64,000 bases of DNA from an uncultured Planctomycetota bacterium (GTDB taxonomy: Bacteria; Planctomycetota; Planctomycetia; Isosphaerales; Isosphaeraceae). This document shows, one piece after another, positions 1-10,315 of the stretch; the stretch's first letter is position 1; each line of letters opens with the position of its first letter. Under the pieces are notes generated by a model. The model was not told where the DNA came from. It saw only the letters and a list, made by a program, of their open reading frames with translations, and ran no database searches. The stretch covers positions 1,344,001-1,408,000 of the forward strand of contig CAWGMQ010000004.1 of the NCBI GenBank assembly GCA_963823665.1. The letters are read 5' to 3'. The position numbers were made by a program, and so were the translations under genes.

Positions 1-568
1 AAACGGTGTTCCTAGGGCGAATCGCGGCGAAACATTACCACAGTTTTCAGTGGAGCACGGGACAGTTGAGACTAACCCTACACACCCTCAAACCATTTGC
101 GACCGTTCGCCGATCAGAACCCGTTCCTGTACCGGAGCGGGGGCCGTGCGACGGCGATCGGCGCCGAACCGATTCTAGTCGAGCGCGGCATCGCCTGCTA
201 CCGCGAAGGCCGCGGCAAAACCTCGATTTCAAGGCGTAAGCCCGGTGATTGGTCGAATCGTGTGCGAAACGTGTGCCCGTTCGACACATTGCTACCACAA
301 AAGGAATTTCGAATGAACGGTACTGCCGTCTACGCCGCATCGAGTTGCGGCGAAAGCAACCGGGAGCCGTGCGCTGCATTCGGTACGCGCGGTCCCTCCG
401 GCAACGGCGACCGACGACTCTTGCTTGCTGGAGCGTGATTTCTGAATCCGCAGGCAAACATACGCTGCTAACCGCCGTCCGACACATCAGTTCAGAGCGC
501 ACTGCGCCGTGCAATAGGCGCGCGGCCTGCGGTGGTAGCCTTTGCGGGCTGTAAATCAAACGAAGAGG

Positions 569-638
569 GTTGTATGGGGAAGTGCCCAAAGACACCGTCT
601 GCGTCCCCGCCCGCTGTCGTGGCACTTTCCCATACAAC
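569..638. repeat. Imperfect palindrome (18-bp arms) abutting the left end of the element
   Basis: GTTGTATGGGGAAGTGCC (569-586) versus GGCACTTTCCCATACAAC (621-638), 17/18 complementary. Confidence 0.8.
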
Positions 639-905
639 CTGTTGAACGGAACCGCGTGGACAAGCGTCCTATTATGTTATGGGGATTCAATCAGCGCCGT
701 CACCTGTCTCCGGTCGTCGCGACCACGATTAGGCGAGGGCATCGAGTCGCCGACGGCCCGGAGGGTCGGCGTGAGCACCTCTCCCCAGCACTCCCGCTCC
801 TGTATCGGACCCTCGATCCGGAATATTGACACGTCTGAAGACGGGGAATGCCCCCGCCACCACCTCGAGTGACCTCGTGCCCCGGCCCTCTGCCGCGCGT
901 GCGGC

Positions 906-2147
906 TCACGACGAATCGAAGATGACATGCGGCGCGGGCTGGCTTGCGGGCTCCTGAGCGCACTGGGGCACGGCAGGCAGTTCCTCAATGATCACCATCC
1001 GTCCCACTCGACATCTTGGACAAAGGGTCGCGCACCACGCCTCGGTCATCTCCACTCCGAGGGTGGGCGGCGCGGCCAACGACGGGGCCTCGGGAGTCGT
1101 GACCTGGGAGGATGCCGCAGCACGGAGCAACTCGCGGCAGACCGCCAGCTTCTCCCGACGGCGCCGGTTGGATAGCAGTCCGTAATGGCGAATGCGAACG
1201 AAACCCTTCGGCAGCACATGCAGAAGAAACCGTCGGAGGAACTCTATCGCATCCAGTTCCATAGTCCGCCGCTTGCCAGCGTGGGCGTAGTCTTTGTACC
1301 GGAACGTCACCCGACCACCTTTCATCCGAACCAGCCGGCGGTTGCCGATCGCCACGCGGTGCGTGTATCGGGCCAGGTACTTCAACACCTGGCCCGGGCC
1401 ACCGAACGGCGGCTTGGCGTAGACGACCCACTGGGTCTTGACCGCATCGACGAGAAGGCGGTTGAACCGATCTGCGTTGGCGAGCCGAGCCAACCACCCA
1501 CGGAACTTCAGCCCTCCCCGCTCGAAAGCCGTCCGGGGGCCCGCCAGGAACTTGCCTCGGAAGACGCGGCTCAGCACGCGGACTGGTAGGAAGAAGTTGT
1601 CGGGGCAAGCGACCCAGCGCGAGCCGTCCGGGGCGAGCTCGCCCCCAGGGACCACGCAATGCACATGGGGGTGGTGCTGGAGGTTCTGACCCCAGGTATG
1701 GAGCACGGCCAGGAAGCCGATCTCCGCCCCGAGGTGCCCAGGGTCGGCGGCGATCTGCAGCAAAGTCTCGGCGGCGGCCCGAAACAAAAGGTCGTAGACG
1801 ATCCGCCGGTTCTGCGGGGCGAGCGGGCCGAGGGCCGCCGGCAGGGTGAAGACGAGATGGAAATATTCAACGGGCAGCAACTCGGCGGCCCGGGCCTCGA
1901 CCCACCGCGCCGCCTCGGTGGATTGACACTTCGGGCAGTGGCGGTTGCGGCACGAGTTATATGCAATCTGCCAATACCCGCACCGGTCGCATGCCTCGAC
2001 GTGCCCGCCCAGGGACGCCGTGCGACAGCTCGCCAGGTCGGTCAGCGCACGGCGTTGCGCCGGGTAGAGGGTATGCCCGTACGCCTCGAGAAAGGCGTCA
2101 CCGTGAGTTCTGATGACGTCGGCGACTTCGACCCGTGGCCGGCTCAT
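906..2147 (-). CDS. IS91-family (Y2/HUH) transposase with N-terminal zinc-binding domain
   Basis: YNSCRNRHCPKC Zn motif, HTWG...HPHVH HUH motif, YLARY catalytic tyrosines, VRIRHYGLL. Confidence 0.95.
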   Translation of the reverse strand: MSRPRVEVADVIRTHGDAFLEAYGHTLYPAQRRALTDLASCRTASLGGHVEACDRCGYWQIAYNSCRNRHCPKCQSTEAARWVEARAAELLPVEYFHLVFTLPAALGPLAPQNRRIVYDLLFRAAAETLLQIAADPGHLGAEIGFLAVLHTWGQNLQHHPHVHCVVPGGELAPDGSRWVACPDNFFLPVRVLSRVFRGKFLAGPRTAFERGGLKFRGWLARLANADRFNRLLVDAVKTQWVVYAKPPFGGPGQVLKYLARYTHRVAIGNRRLVRMKGGRVTFRYKDYAHAGKRRTMELDAIEFLRRFLLHVLPKGFVRIRHYGLLSNRRRREKLAVCRELLRAAASSQVTTPEAPSLAAPPTLGVEMTEAWCATLCPRCRVGRMVIIEELPAVPQCAQEPASQPAPHVIFDSS

Positions 2148-2992
2148 GGCCGGAGCCTCAGGTCCAGCCGGTCCAATGGGCTGGACGTGGTCCGCAGCGC
2201 GTCGGGTGAGACGTGGGTGTAGATGGCGGTGGTGCGTGGGCTGTTATGGCCGAGCAGGACCTGGATGGTCCGCAGGTTGGTGCCGGCCTCGAGCAGGTGG
2301 GTGGCGAAGCTGTGCCGTAGCGCGTGGACGGTGACGTGCTTCTCCAGCCCGGAGGCCCGCCGGGCCTGGCGACAGGCCTTCATCACAGCCTGGGCGGAGA
2401 TTGGCCCAGCGGGGTCGCGTCCGGGGAACAGCCAGGTCTTGAGGCGCGCCACCTTCCAGTAGGCTCGAAGCAACTCAAGCAGCTTGGGCGAGAGCATGAC
2501 GTAGCGATCCTTGCGGCCCTTGCCCTGGCGGACCCGGAGGACCATGCGTTGGCTGTCGATGTCCTCGACCCTCAAGTTGGCGACCTCAGAAACCCGGAGC
2601 CCGGCGGCGTAAGCCGTGATCAGCAGCGCGCGGTGATTGAGCCGCACAACGGCGGCGAAGAAGCGGGTCACTTCCTCAGGGCTGAGAACGACGGGGAGAC
2701 ACTTGAGGCGCTTGGGGCAAGGGAGGTGCGCGAGCACCTCGGGCCGCGCCAGGGTGACGTTGTAGAGGAACCGCAGGGCCTGGAGGTTGAGGTTGTAGTA
2801 GGCCCAGGACTGTCGCTGCTTCTCGATCATGTCGAGCAGGTAGGCGCGGACGTCGTCCGGTCCGAGGAGTTCAGGGGACTTGCCGAAGTGCCTGGCGAAG
2901 CGTGAGACACAGTTGACATAGACGGTGATGGTGCGCGGAGCGAAGTTGCGCAGTTGCATGTCCTCGATCATTCGGCGACGGAGCGGAGTCAT
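2144..2992 (-). CDS. Tyrosine recombinase/integrase
   Basis: YAAGLRVSE, GKGRKDR, HALRHSFATHLLE, LLGH...TTAIYTHV; 4-bp overlap with the transposase. Confidence 0.95.
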   Translation of the reverse strand: MTPLRRRMIEDMQLRNFAPRTITVYVNCVSRFARHFGKSPELLGPDDVRAYLLDMIEKQRQSWAYYNLNLQALRFLYNVTLARPEVLAHLPCPKRLKCLPVVLSPEEVTRFFAAVVRLNHRALLITAYAAGLRVSEVANLRVEDIDSQRMVLRVRQGKGRKDRYVMLSPKLLELLRAYWKVARLKTWLFPGRDPAGPISAQAVMKACRQARRASGLEKHVTVHALRHSFATHLLEAGTNLRTIQVLLGHNSPRTTAIYTHVSPDALRTTSSPLDRLDLRLRP

Positions 2993-3656
2993 GGCGAGCT
3001 CCCTTACGGAGGTGAGGTGAAGAAAGAAAGGAAACTCACCTGATGATGTCTCAGCGGGAGCGGGGAGTGGAGGCGGTGGGCGCGGAGGTGGGACGATCAG
3101 GGCCAGCCGAGGCTTGCGCGTGGCGGAGGGCTGGCGAACCGGCGCGGGAAGGCGGTCGCAGGAGGAGCTACGCTTCCCGCTCTACCGCGAAGCGGTTTCG
3201 TTCAACGGACGTTTGCTTTACGCCTGGTTCGTCACGGCACCCGGATCAAGCGCCCTAGTCCTTTGGAGTACAGGAACCAGGTAAACAAATCAAAGTGAAC
3301 ATTCTCGGCGCTGCAACGAATTCCTTGACTCCACGCAGCGAACGCTGCTCGGCACGGCACGAAAATCGCTGGGTCGGTTCGCATTCAATCTGTGGCTTGC
3401 CCAAGCCTGCCATGGACGGGCTGGAGACGCGCTCGCGCTCGGTGAAATTAGCGCACCGGAACGAGCACGACCAACAGCGTGGCGCACATCGCTGCTGCCC
3501 ATACTGATGGCGGTCAGGCCTCCGGGATGAGCCCTGCGCGATGAACTGCACGCGGCTCGCGGACCACGTACTGCGGTCAACGCAAGCCAACCGAACAAGT
3601 CGGCCACTTCAACGACCAAGGCACGATGATCGCGACGCTCGCTCAGGCGACACTAG

Positions 3657-4565
3657 TCAGACCGGTCCGCGGAACCGCTGCTTGCGATGCCAGCGGAGGT
3701 GGACAGGGTCGGGACTAAGCGCTGGATCGCTCGGTAATCGAATCATCTGCCCATGATAATCGGACAGCCGCTTCTGGTCCGGACTATCTTCCGTAAAGTG
3801 ACCGAGCGCAACTCGTACGGTGTAGTTATCCGCGATCGTCCAGAGCCCGTTGTCAAACAGCCAATGGGCATTCTTGCAGAGCGCGAGCCCGTTCCGGATT
3901 TCGTTGTTTCGCGAGTCCGCGAACTGATGAATGTGCGCGGCGTCGATGATGCTACTGGCCGATACCGTCATCAGGCGGTAGCCGGTCAGCGCGCACGTGT
4001 AGTTGTACAGCGAAACCACGCGGAGCCGAAACCTGCCTTCCCGACCGCGAAGCTCGGCCTCCTCGGCGAATTGTGACGCCGACGAATTTGCGACGTCCTC
4101 TTCGGTGAGAACCGGCAACCCGAGCAGCGCGCACAGGCCCACGCGCTCCGGCGGCGTGAAATAGCCCGAGATCAGGATCTTGCGAGCCACCTCACGAAAA
4201 GACGAGTCCTTGAGGCTGGCCTCAAACTCCGGGTCAAGCTCCGCGAATTTCGCCGCATGCCGGTCTGTTGTCGGACTGCCGGTTCCATCAAGCGCCTTCC
4301 AGAAACCGTCGCTCTGAATGTGGAAAAATGGGAAGCGGATCTCGGGCTTCTGCGTGCGGCGATGGGCGACCACCCGCCAATATGTGCAGAACTGAAATGC
4401 CAGCTCCGGAGTGAGTGGCAACAACTTCTCCGGCAGAACACCCTGTTCAGCCAAGTCGATAACGACTAGCAGCAGAAGAGGCTTGTGCGGCGCAGGGTTG
4501 CCCCTCCGGTCGGTTCGAAGTTTCGCCAGCTTGGCCAGCCACTTTCGTTCAGGGTTGTCCGACAT
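3657..4565 (-). CDS. SBD-HNH endonuclease (phosphorothioate-dependent type IV restriction enzyme-like)
   Basis: N-terminal APHKPLLLL and PFFHIQSDGFW sulfur-binding-domain motifs; C-terminal CALTG..DAAHI..NGLALCKNAHWLFD HNH. Confidence 0.8.
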   Translation of the reverse strand: MSDNPERKWLAKLAKLRTDRRGNPAPHKPLLLLVVIDLAEQGVLPEKLLPLTPELAFQFCTYWRVVAHRRTQKPEIRFPFFHIQSDGFWKALDGTGSPTTDRHAAKFAELDPEFEASLKDSSFREVARKILISGYFTPPERVGLCALLGLPVLTEEDVANSSASQFAEEAELRGREGRFRLRVVSLYNYTCALTGYRLMTVSASSIIDAAHIHQFADSRNNEIRNGLALCKNAHWLFDNGLWTIADNYTVRVALGHFTEDSPDQKRLSDYHGQMIRLPSDPALSPDPVHLRWHRKQRFRGPV

Positions 4566-4837
4566 CGCCGTCTTTCGATTGATTCCCCCGGGACGCCGCT
4601 TCAGTCACGCGGGGCAGCGCCAGGCGTTGGTTTGGGATAGCGAGACACCATACTCAACTCGAAGTAGAGCGGGATCGGGGGGGCACCTTGGATCATTGCG
4701 ACCGCGAGCTTCCCCGAACCTGGCTCCATCACGACGGCGTCGCTGGGCAGCGCCTGCCTCGCCTCGGCCCTGTGGACGATGCGCCGGCGCCGGCCAATAT
4801 CCACGGGTCAGCTCTTGGCACAACCGCTTCCAACCGG

Positions 4838-5122
4838 TCAGCGATTCCTCAAGGCCACCGGATCGGAGAGCAGAGCCGCTTCAATCCACTTCTTTGCCGC
4901 GTCGACCTGATCTGGATCTGGCACGCCGCCATAGTTCGTAGCCATTGCATCGGGCTTGTACTCACGAGCGAACCCAAGCGCCCTGACGAGGATCTCATGC
5001 GGCAATGGGTTAAGGGCCAGCGCGGGATCGGCAGGGTCAACGAGGAGTAGAGACCTGACCACAAGATGGTCGGCCGTGATTGCACCGCTCTGGTACATTT
5101 CGACTAATGATGCGGTAATCAT
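4838..5122 (-). CDS. Hypothetical protein, possible immunity partner
   Basis: 94-aa ORF with ATGA overlap to the upstream ORF and an AGAGGG RBS-like site. Confidence 0.5.
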   Translation of the reverse strand: MITASLVEMYQSGAITADHLVVRSLLLVDPADPALALNPLPHEILVRALGFAREYKPDAMATNYGGVPDPDQVDAAKKWIEAALLSDPVALRNR

Positions 5123-5559
5123 CTTAGGCCCTCTCTCATACGAGTGACGAAGGCGTCAGCAACATCCCACGCTTCGTCATGAAAATTCCCGGGGCTGCCC
5201 GCTCGGGTGTGTTCGATGAACTGCTCGATAGACGTCTCGCCTTTTTGAAGGATGGGTCTGAGTCTCTCGAGCTCGTACATCTCGTGTGCGAAAACGGCGA
5301 CGATGGCTTCGTCGCTCTCCAAGATGTCAGGCCGTACCCGGAAGGGTACTTTGCCTGTCAAATCATGGACGAGATCGGACCAAGACACCGCCGATCCGGC
5401 GGATTTGGTTACCTGTGGCCCCCGCGCCGTGATTTCGGCGCCAAGCTCACCCGACTCATCGACGAAGAAAGCAACATCCTCTGAAATTTGGACTCCATTT
5501 CGCTTCGCAATCGCAACGGCTTCTGAAATCGTTCTAGTGCGACCATCTGCGTTAGGTTG
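5119..5559 (-). pseudogene. Orphan toxin-like C-terminal domain (HEMYE metallopeptidase-like motif)
   Basis: Frame is open from about 5559 (QPNADGRTRTISEAVAIAKRNGV...) after a TGA, without a clear start; contains AHEMYE and FHDEAW. Confidence 0.4.
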
Positions 5560-5794
5560 TCACTGATGTCTGGGGAATTGTCCAAAGATCATCCACGGCC
5601 CTCGACCTCGAAGCACCTGCAGATACCGGGACGCTCGGAGCCAGCCTTTGTCGCTGATGAGAACGCGGCCGCAGCAGAGAACGTGCCGAACGTTCGTCGC
5701 GCAAGGTCACTGACCACTCCTCCATTCCACCCGATCGAGGGGTCGAGTTCAACCTCAGAATGGGTTCCCGGGTTCCTCGGACACCATACATAAT

Positions 5795-6082
5795 TCACGA
5801 CAGTAATCGGGTATGGTGTCCGAGGCCGAGTTCTACGCCGCCGATGACGGAATCCTCGTCTGGAATCCCCTCGACCAGACATTCTTCAGGATCCTCGCCG
5901 GCCGCGCGAATAAGATCATCTAGAGCGCGTGCGTCGCCGGAATGGGCAATGACTCGCGCACCGTCAGGACTCCAAGCAATCCACTGCCCCGCGTAACTCA
6001 CAAGCTGGTCGGGCGGAAACGACGCTCTGTTTTGCAGATAGCACCGGCGCTTCTCGAGGTATGAGGCGATATCAAACTGCAT
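5795..6082 (-). CDS. Small DUF5678-like protein
   Basis: YAGQWIAWSPDG..VIAH motif resembles small planctomycete proteins of this type. Confidence 0.6.
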   Translation of the reverse strand: MQFDIASYLEKRRCYLQNRASFPPDQLVSYAGQWIAWSPDGARVIAHSGDARALDDLIRAAGEDPEECLVEGIPDEDSVIGGVELGLGHHTRLLS

Positions 6083-6176
6083 AAATGTCTCCGCTAGAAG
6101 GCGCGTGGGCGATCGAATCGGTCATAAAGTTCCTCGCGCTTGGCATACGGCGGCCCGCCGAAAGGCATTCCCTGCT

Positions 6177-6437
6177 TCAACCGCGCCATGAACCGCTCGC
6201 AAGCACCAGCTCCGGAATCGAGGCACCGAGGTGAATCATCGCGGCCATCGTCACCCCGGAGTGGTTATTGCTGTGCTGGCTCATCGTCCATCCCGCCGCC
6301 CGGCAGATCGACCCAAGTGCCTGGCAGCCCGCGAATCCCCCGAAGTAATGATGGTCGCACAGCAAGACGTCGATCGGCTTGAGCTCGAGCGCCGATGGAA
6401 TGTGCTCGAAACTTGTCACACACATATTCGTGCTCAT
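6177..6437 (-). pseudogene. Glucarate dehydratase/enolase-superfamily fragment
   Basis: STNMCVTSF...DHHYFGG...SQHSNNHSGVTMAAMIHLGA; internal fragment only. Confidence 0.7.
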
Positions 6438-6578
6438 CGCCGCGCCCCCCTGGACAAGTCGCGGCGGGTGCTGTCGAATTCTCGCTCGGGGACGCCCGGC
6501 CGCGTATCCTGAACCGTGCCCAACCGATTTCTCGTAAGGCACCGTCATTCCACGCTTCCGCACATCCAGAGGAGAGCA

Positions 6579-7814
6579 ATGATGTCCGAACTCAAGCGCC
6601 GGGAATTCTTGACCGGGGCAGCAGCGATTGCCGCGACCGCAACCGCTACACGCGCCGGGGCCGGACAGGCCCCGGCCGATGACAACCCGCCACGACCAGT
6701 TCGCGGCACCGCGGGGGCCCCGATCATCGGCCCGTCGAACCCTTCGCGCGAGGCCCAGAGCCCGGACAGGCTCAGTCCGCCGGCGACGGACGGCGGCACG
6801 CTGCCCACCTTGCGATGGTCGTTCGCCGATAGCCACATCAAGATGCGGGAAGGGGGCTGGTCGCGGCAGACGACGATCCGCGAGATACCCGCCTCGACGG
6901 ACCTCGCCATGGTCAACATGCGGCTCAAGGCCGGCGGCGTTCGCGAGCTGCACTGGCACAAGCCGGCTGAGTGGGCCTTCATGCTCAAAGGCCGGGCGCG
7001 GATCACCGCGATCGATCCGGACGGCCGCGCGTTTCAGGATGATGTCGGCGAAGGTGACCTCTGGAACTTCCCCTCGGGAATCCCGCACTCAATTCAGGGC
7101 CTCGAGGGCGATGGCTGCGAGTTTCTGCTCGTCTTCGACGACGGAAACTTCAGTGAAGACAGCACGTTCTCGGTCACGGACTGGCTCGCCCATACACCCC
7201 GCGAGGTTCTGGCCAAGAACTTCGGCGTGCCCGAAGGCGCCTTTGCAGGCATCCCCGAGAAGGAGCTATTCATCTTCCAGTCGAAGGTGCCCGGCCCGCT
7301 CGCGGCCGACCGCGTCAAGGGCGCAGGGCCGCTGCCGTCATCGTTCAGCTACCGGCTGCTGGCCCAGGAGCCGATCCGCACGAAGGGAGGATCGGTCCGC
7401 ATCTCGGACTCGACCACCTTCCCGGTGGCGACGACAATCGCCGCCGCGTTCGTCGAAGTCGAGCCCGGCGGCATGCGCGAGCTGCACTGGCACCCGAACG
7501 CGAACGAGGCGCAGTACTATATCTCCGGCCAGGCGCGGATGACGGTCTTCGCCGCCGATGCCACCGCGGGCACCTTCGACTACCAGCCGGGCGACGTCGG
7601 TTTCGTGCCTCGGAACATGGGCCACTACATCGAGAACACCGGCAAAACCAAACTACAGTTCCTCGAACTGTGGAGGACCGACAAGTTCGCAGACGTCTCG
7701 CTCCGGCAATTGCTGGCGTTCACGCCGTTCGAGCTGGTGCAGGCGAATCTGAAAATCGATCGCTCGGTTTTGTCAAACATCCCGACTCACAAGACGCCCG
7801 TCGTGCCGGCCTGA
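6579..7814 (+). CDS. oxdC: Oxalate decarboxylase (bicupin) with Tat signal peptide
   Basis: Two RELHWH cupin motifs, GDLWNFPSGIPHSIQG, FSEDSTF lid; N-terminal KRREFL twin-arginine motif; GGAGAG RBS. Confidence 0.9.
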   Translation: MMSELKRREFLTGAAAIAATATATRAGAGQAPADDNPPRPVRGTAGAPIIGPSNPSREAQSPDRLSPPATDGGTLPTLRWSFADSHIKMREGGWSRQTTIREIPASTDLAMVNMRLKAGGVRELHWHKPAEWAFMLKGRARITAIDPDGRAFQDDVGEGDLWNFPSGIPHSIQGLEGDGCEFLLVFDDGNFSEDSTFSVTDWLAHTPREVLAKNFGVPEGAFAGIPEKELFIFQSKVPGPLAADRVKGAGPLPSSFSYRLLAQEPIRTKGGSVRISDSTTFPVATTIAAAFVEVEPGGMRELHWHPNANEAQYYISGQARMTVFAADATAGTFDYQPGDVGFVPRNMGHYIENTGKTKLQFLELWRTDKFADVSLRQLLAFTPFELVQANLKIDRSVLSNIPTHKTPVVPA

Positions 7815-7961
7815 GAACGTTGCGCGGGCAGGCATCGCGCGGCCCGCAGTGGAGATCTCTCCGCCCCGCGTCGCGCGATGAATCACACCCCCCCGGCCGA
7901 GTTCTCGGTTTCGTGTGAAGCCGACAGCGGCCTGCTCAGCCTTCCGGAGGTGGCGATCATG

Positions 7962-8029
7962 AGCGCCAGCCAGTCCTCGACTCGCAAGCCTGGCAGTTCT
8001 CGGGCGCCCCGGCGGCCAACCCTCTCCGC
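7962..8029. repeat. 68-bp direct repeat, copy A (left flank of RiPP locus)
   Basis: 57/68 identical, ungapped, to 11321-11388. Confidence 0.85.
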
Positions 8030-8247
8030 CGAGCCCATCTATCGGCGCGACGTACGGTTGACGGATTTCGAGGCGTTCGGCGAGGACGACCTGTATGGCG
8101 AGAGCTCCTCAACCGCGAGATCGATTGCCTCGAATAACAGACCAGCGCCAACCCGCCGATCCTCCACCGCAAGGAATCCGGGTTCGCACCCGATCACCCA
8201 CTGTGCTCATGGTTGCCCGGACGCCGCTCTGGGCACGATCGTAATGG

Positions 8248-10146
8248 TCACCAATTTGGGTTCGAGGGGATCGCCAGGCTGAGATACTTGCCCTCTTCAC
8301 TCAGCATCAGCCGCGCACGACAGAATCCGTCCATTGCATCACGCACTTCCTCGGCAGAGTATTCATACTCCTCCGGCGCGCTCCGCAGTAGTCTCACGAC
8401 CTGTTCGACAGTATGCATCGTTTCAACGCATAACTCATATATTAACGCCAGTGGTCCTGAGAGGCTGTATGTGCCCCGTCGCTCCTGCCCCCAGGAGTAA
8501 TCAATCCAGAGGCAGTCGGGGGTGCGCCGATATGTCAAAGTATGTCGTTCGTCCGAAGTCCAGAGCCGTTGCCATTCAGAGATCCAGTCTTGGGTCTTTC
8601 GATGTACGTCCTCAGGGACCGTCTCGCCCATCTCGTAATCAAAGAAGTAAGCCGCTTTATCGAGATTGACGTGAGATGGATAGACGAAACGGTAGCTCGC
8701 TTCAGGCCGGACATCCCGAACCGGAAACGAGTCTCGATCAAAAAAATACGGCGAGAAACGTTCAAGCCAGATTCGGCCGGCGCCGACGGGCGGCTCGAGA
8801 TGGCGGATGCACTCGAGTACTTCAAATTGTTTCTCGTAATCCTCTCGCGTCTCACCCGGAAAGCCCCGAAGCAAATTCCAGGATGCATTGATGTTATAAT
8901 AGCGACACCATTTCAGACAACGCACGTTCTGGAGCATGGTGCAGCCCTTCCTCATCAGTGAGAGGACATGCGTGCTCATACTTTCTATTCCGGGCTGAAT
9001 GCGGCGAACGCCACCCCTGTACAGAGCCTGAATCTGGGCTTTCGTCAGATTGGCTTTGACCTCGTAGAAGAAGCGGAAGTCGGTCTTGGCAGTCTCGATT
9101 TTTGAGAAAAAATTGGTAACATATTTTACATCCACAATGTTGTCAACGGCTTCAAACGAGCTGATACGATATCTGCGCGTCTGCTCGGAGAGCTCCTCCA
9201 GCACCTTTCCAGGCGACTTTGCGCGAAAAGTCATCCCCAGACCGTTCAGGCCGCAAAAAGTGCAGTGATGTTTCTGGCCCCACCAGCAGCCGCGTGAGCT
9301 CTCGAAAGGGAGGATCCATTGCCTGCTGTACTCCCGCTCCAGGCCGAGTTGAGTCACGCGATGAAAATAGGCGTCGTAGTTGGGCGCGGGCGAGCCCTCC
9401 AGAGTGGCGACCGGGGCGGCCTGGTGCTCGAATATGAGCCCCTCGGGTGCACGTGCTACCAGGCCGGATAACGAGCCGGAAAACCCACCTGCGGATAAGG
9501 CACCCAACAATGCCGGGAATACCAGGTCTCCTTCCCCGACGACAACATAATCGATGAACGGAAAAGCTCGCGCGTACTCGGGGCCCATCTCTCCTTCCAT
9601 ATTAGCGCCGCCGAAAACGATGGTGACGCTCGGGTGTGACATCTTGATGAGCCGCGCAAGCGCCAGGCATGCCACGTTCTGCTGGAATGTGGAGCTGAAT
9701 CCCACAACTCGATAGCGGCTCCACTCGACCGCCCGGAAGCAGTCCTCGACGAACCGAGGTAAAACCTCCCGGCGCAAATCAATCAAATAGGCAGGATCGC
9801 GACCAATATCGCGGGACCATTGGGCCTCACCAGGGAATGCTTGAAAGTAACCGCCATCGTCTGACAGCTCCGGATCGCCGAACGCTGCGCGGGCGAATAA
9901 CCACTCCCCTGTCATCGGTCCTCGTTGATCAGACAACTTCTCGTACAGGTCTGGCCCGAGCAGGGCCGCAAGCTCCAGGTTGAAATAATGGGTATCGGTG
10001 GGAAACCCCGCGTTTAGAGCGATCGCATGCATCAGGCCTACTTGAATCGATGGCCTGTTTGCCTTGGCAAAGGGCATACAGATAAGCGCGACACGAAAAT
10101 CGGCCGTCGCCGGATCCGGCTCGTATACCTCGCTACGCTCGTGCAT
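8248..10146 (-). CDS. RiPP maturation cobalamin-dependent radical SAM C-methyltransferase (TIGR03975-like)
   Basis: B12-binding region (GFSSTFQQ, IVFGGAN, VGEGD), ESSRGCWWGQKHHCTFCGLN (Cx7Cx2C), FYEVKANL, IQPGIES, ERFSPYF; probable start MHERSE at 10146. Confidence 0.92.
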   Translation of the reverse strand: MHERSEVYEPDPATADFRVALICMPFAKANRPSIQVGLMHAIALNAGFPTDTHYFNLELAALLGPDLYEKLSDQRGPMTGEWLFARAAFGDPELSDDGGYFQAFPGEAQWSRDIGRDPAYLIDLRREVLPRFVEDCFRAVEWSRYRVVGFSSTFQQNVACLALARLIKMSHPSVTIVFGGANMEGEMGPEYARAFPFIDYVVVGEGDLVFPALLGALSAGGFSGSLSGLVARAPEGLIFEHQAAPVATLEGSPAPNYDAYFHRVTQLGLEREYSRQWILPFESSRGCWWGQKHHCTFCGLNGLGMTFRAKSPGKVLEELSEQTRRYRISSFEAVDNIVDVKYVTNFFSKIETAKTDFRFFYEVKANLTKAQIQALYRGGVRRIQPGIESMSTHVLSLMRKGCTMLQNVRCLKWCRYYNINASWNLLRGFPGETREDYEKQFEVLECIRHLEPPVGAGRIWLERFSPYFFDRDSFPVRDVRPEASYRFVYPSHVNLDKAAYFFDYEMGETVPEDVHRKTQDWISEWQRLWTSDERHTLTYRRTPDCLWIDYSWGQERRGTYSLSGPLALIYELCVETMHTVEQVVRLLRSAPEEYEYSAEEVRDAMDGFCRARLMLSEEGKYLSLAIPSNPNW

Positions 10147-10228
10147 GACTGGTTCCGCCTGGAATACGAATCCCGATTGAAGAGAAGGGCTCCGCGCGGT
10201 TTCAACGGGTAGAACAGGAGCGAACGAT

Positions 10229-10284
10229 GATTTTCCCCAGTCGACACGTTTCTTCCGAAACCCGAAGAAACCCCGGGGAAAATC
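10229..10284 (-). promoter_or_regulatory. Stem-loop between precursor genes and radical SAM gene
   Basis: GATTTTCCCC (10229-38) pairs with GGGGAAAATC (10275-84); inner GTTTCTTC (10248-55) pairs with GAAGAAAC (10264-71). Confidence 0.55.
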
Positions 10285-10315
10285 GCACGACTTCGGCGAA
10301 ACAACAACACGGGAA

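Larger units (their letters stand above)
641..3206 (-). mobile_element. IS91-family-like element (tyrosine recombinase + Y2 transposase) with 15-bp terminal inverted repeats
   Basis: Two overlapping mobility ORFs; ends GTTGAACGGAACCGC (641-655) and GCGGTTTCGTTCAAC (3192-3206) are inverted repeats with 1 mismatch. Confidence 0.75.

Noticed and set aside
1..560. Several overlapping ORFs at the window start
   Set aside because: No recognisable motifs or consistent coding signal
4601..4823. Possible penicillin-binding-protein scrap (AVVMEPGSGK)
   Set aside because: Too short, with no other supporting motif
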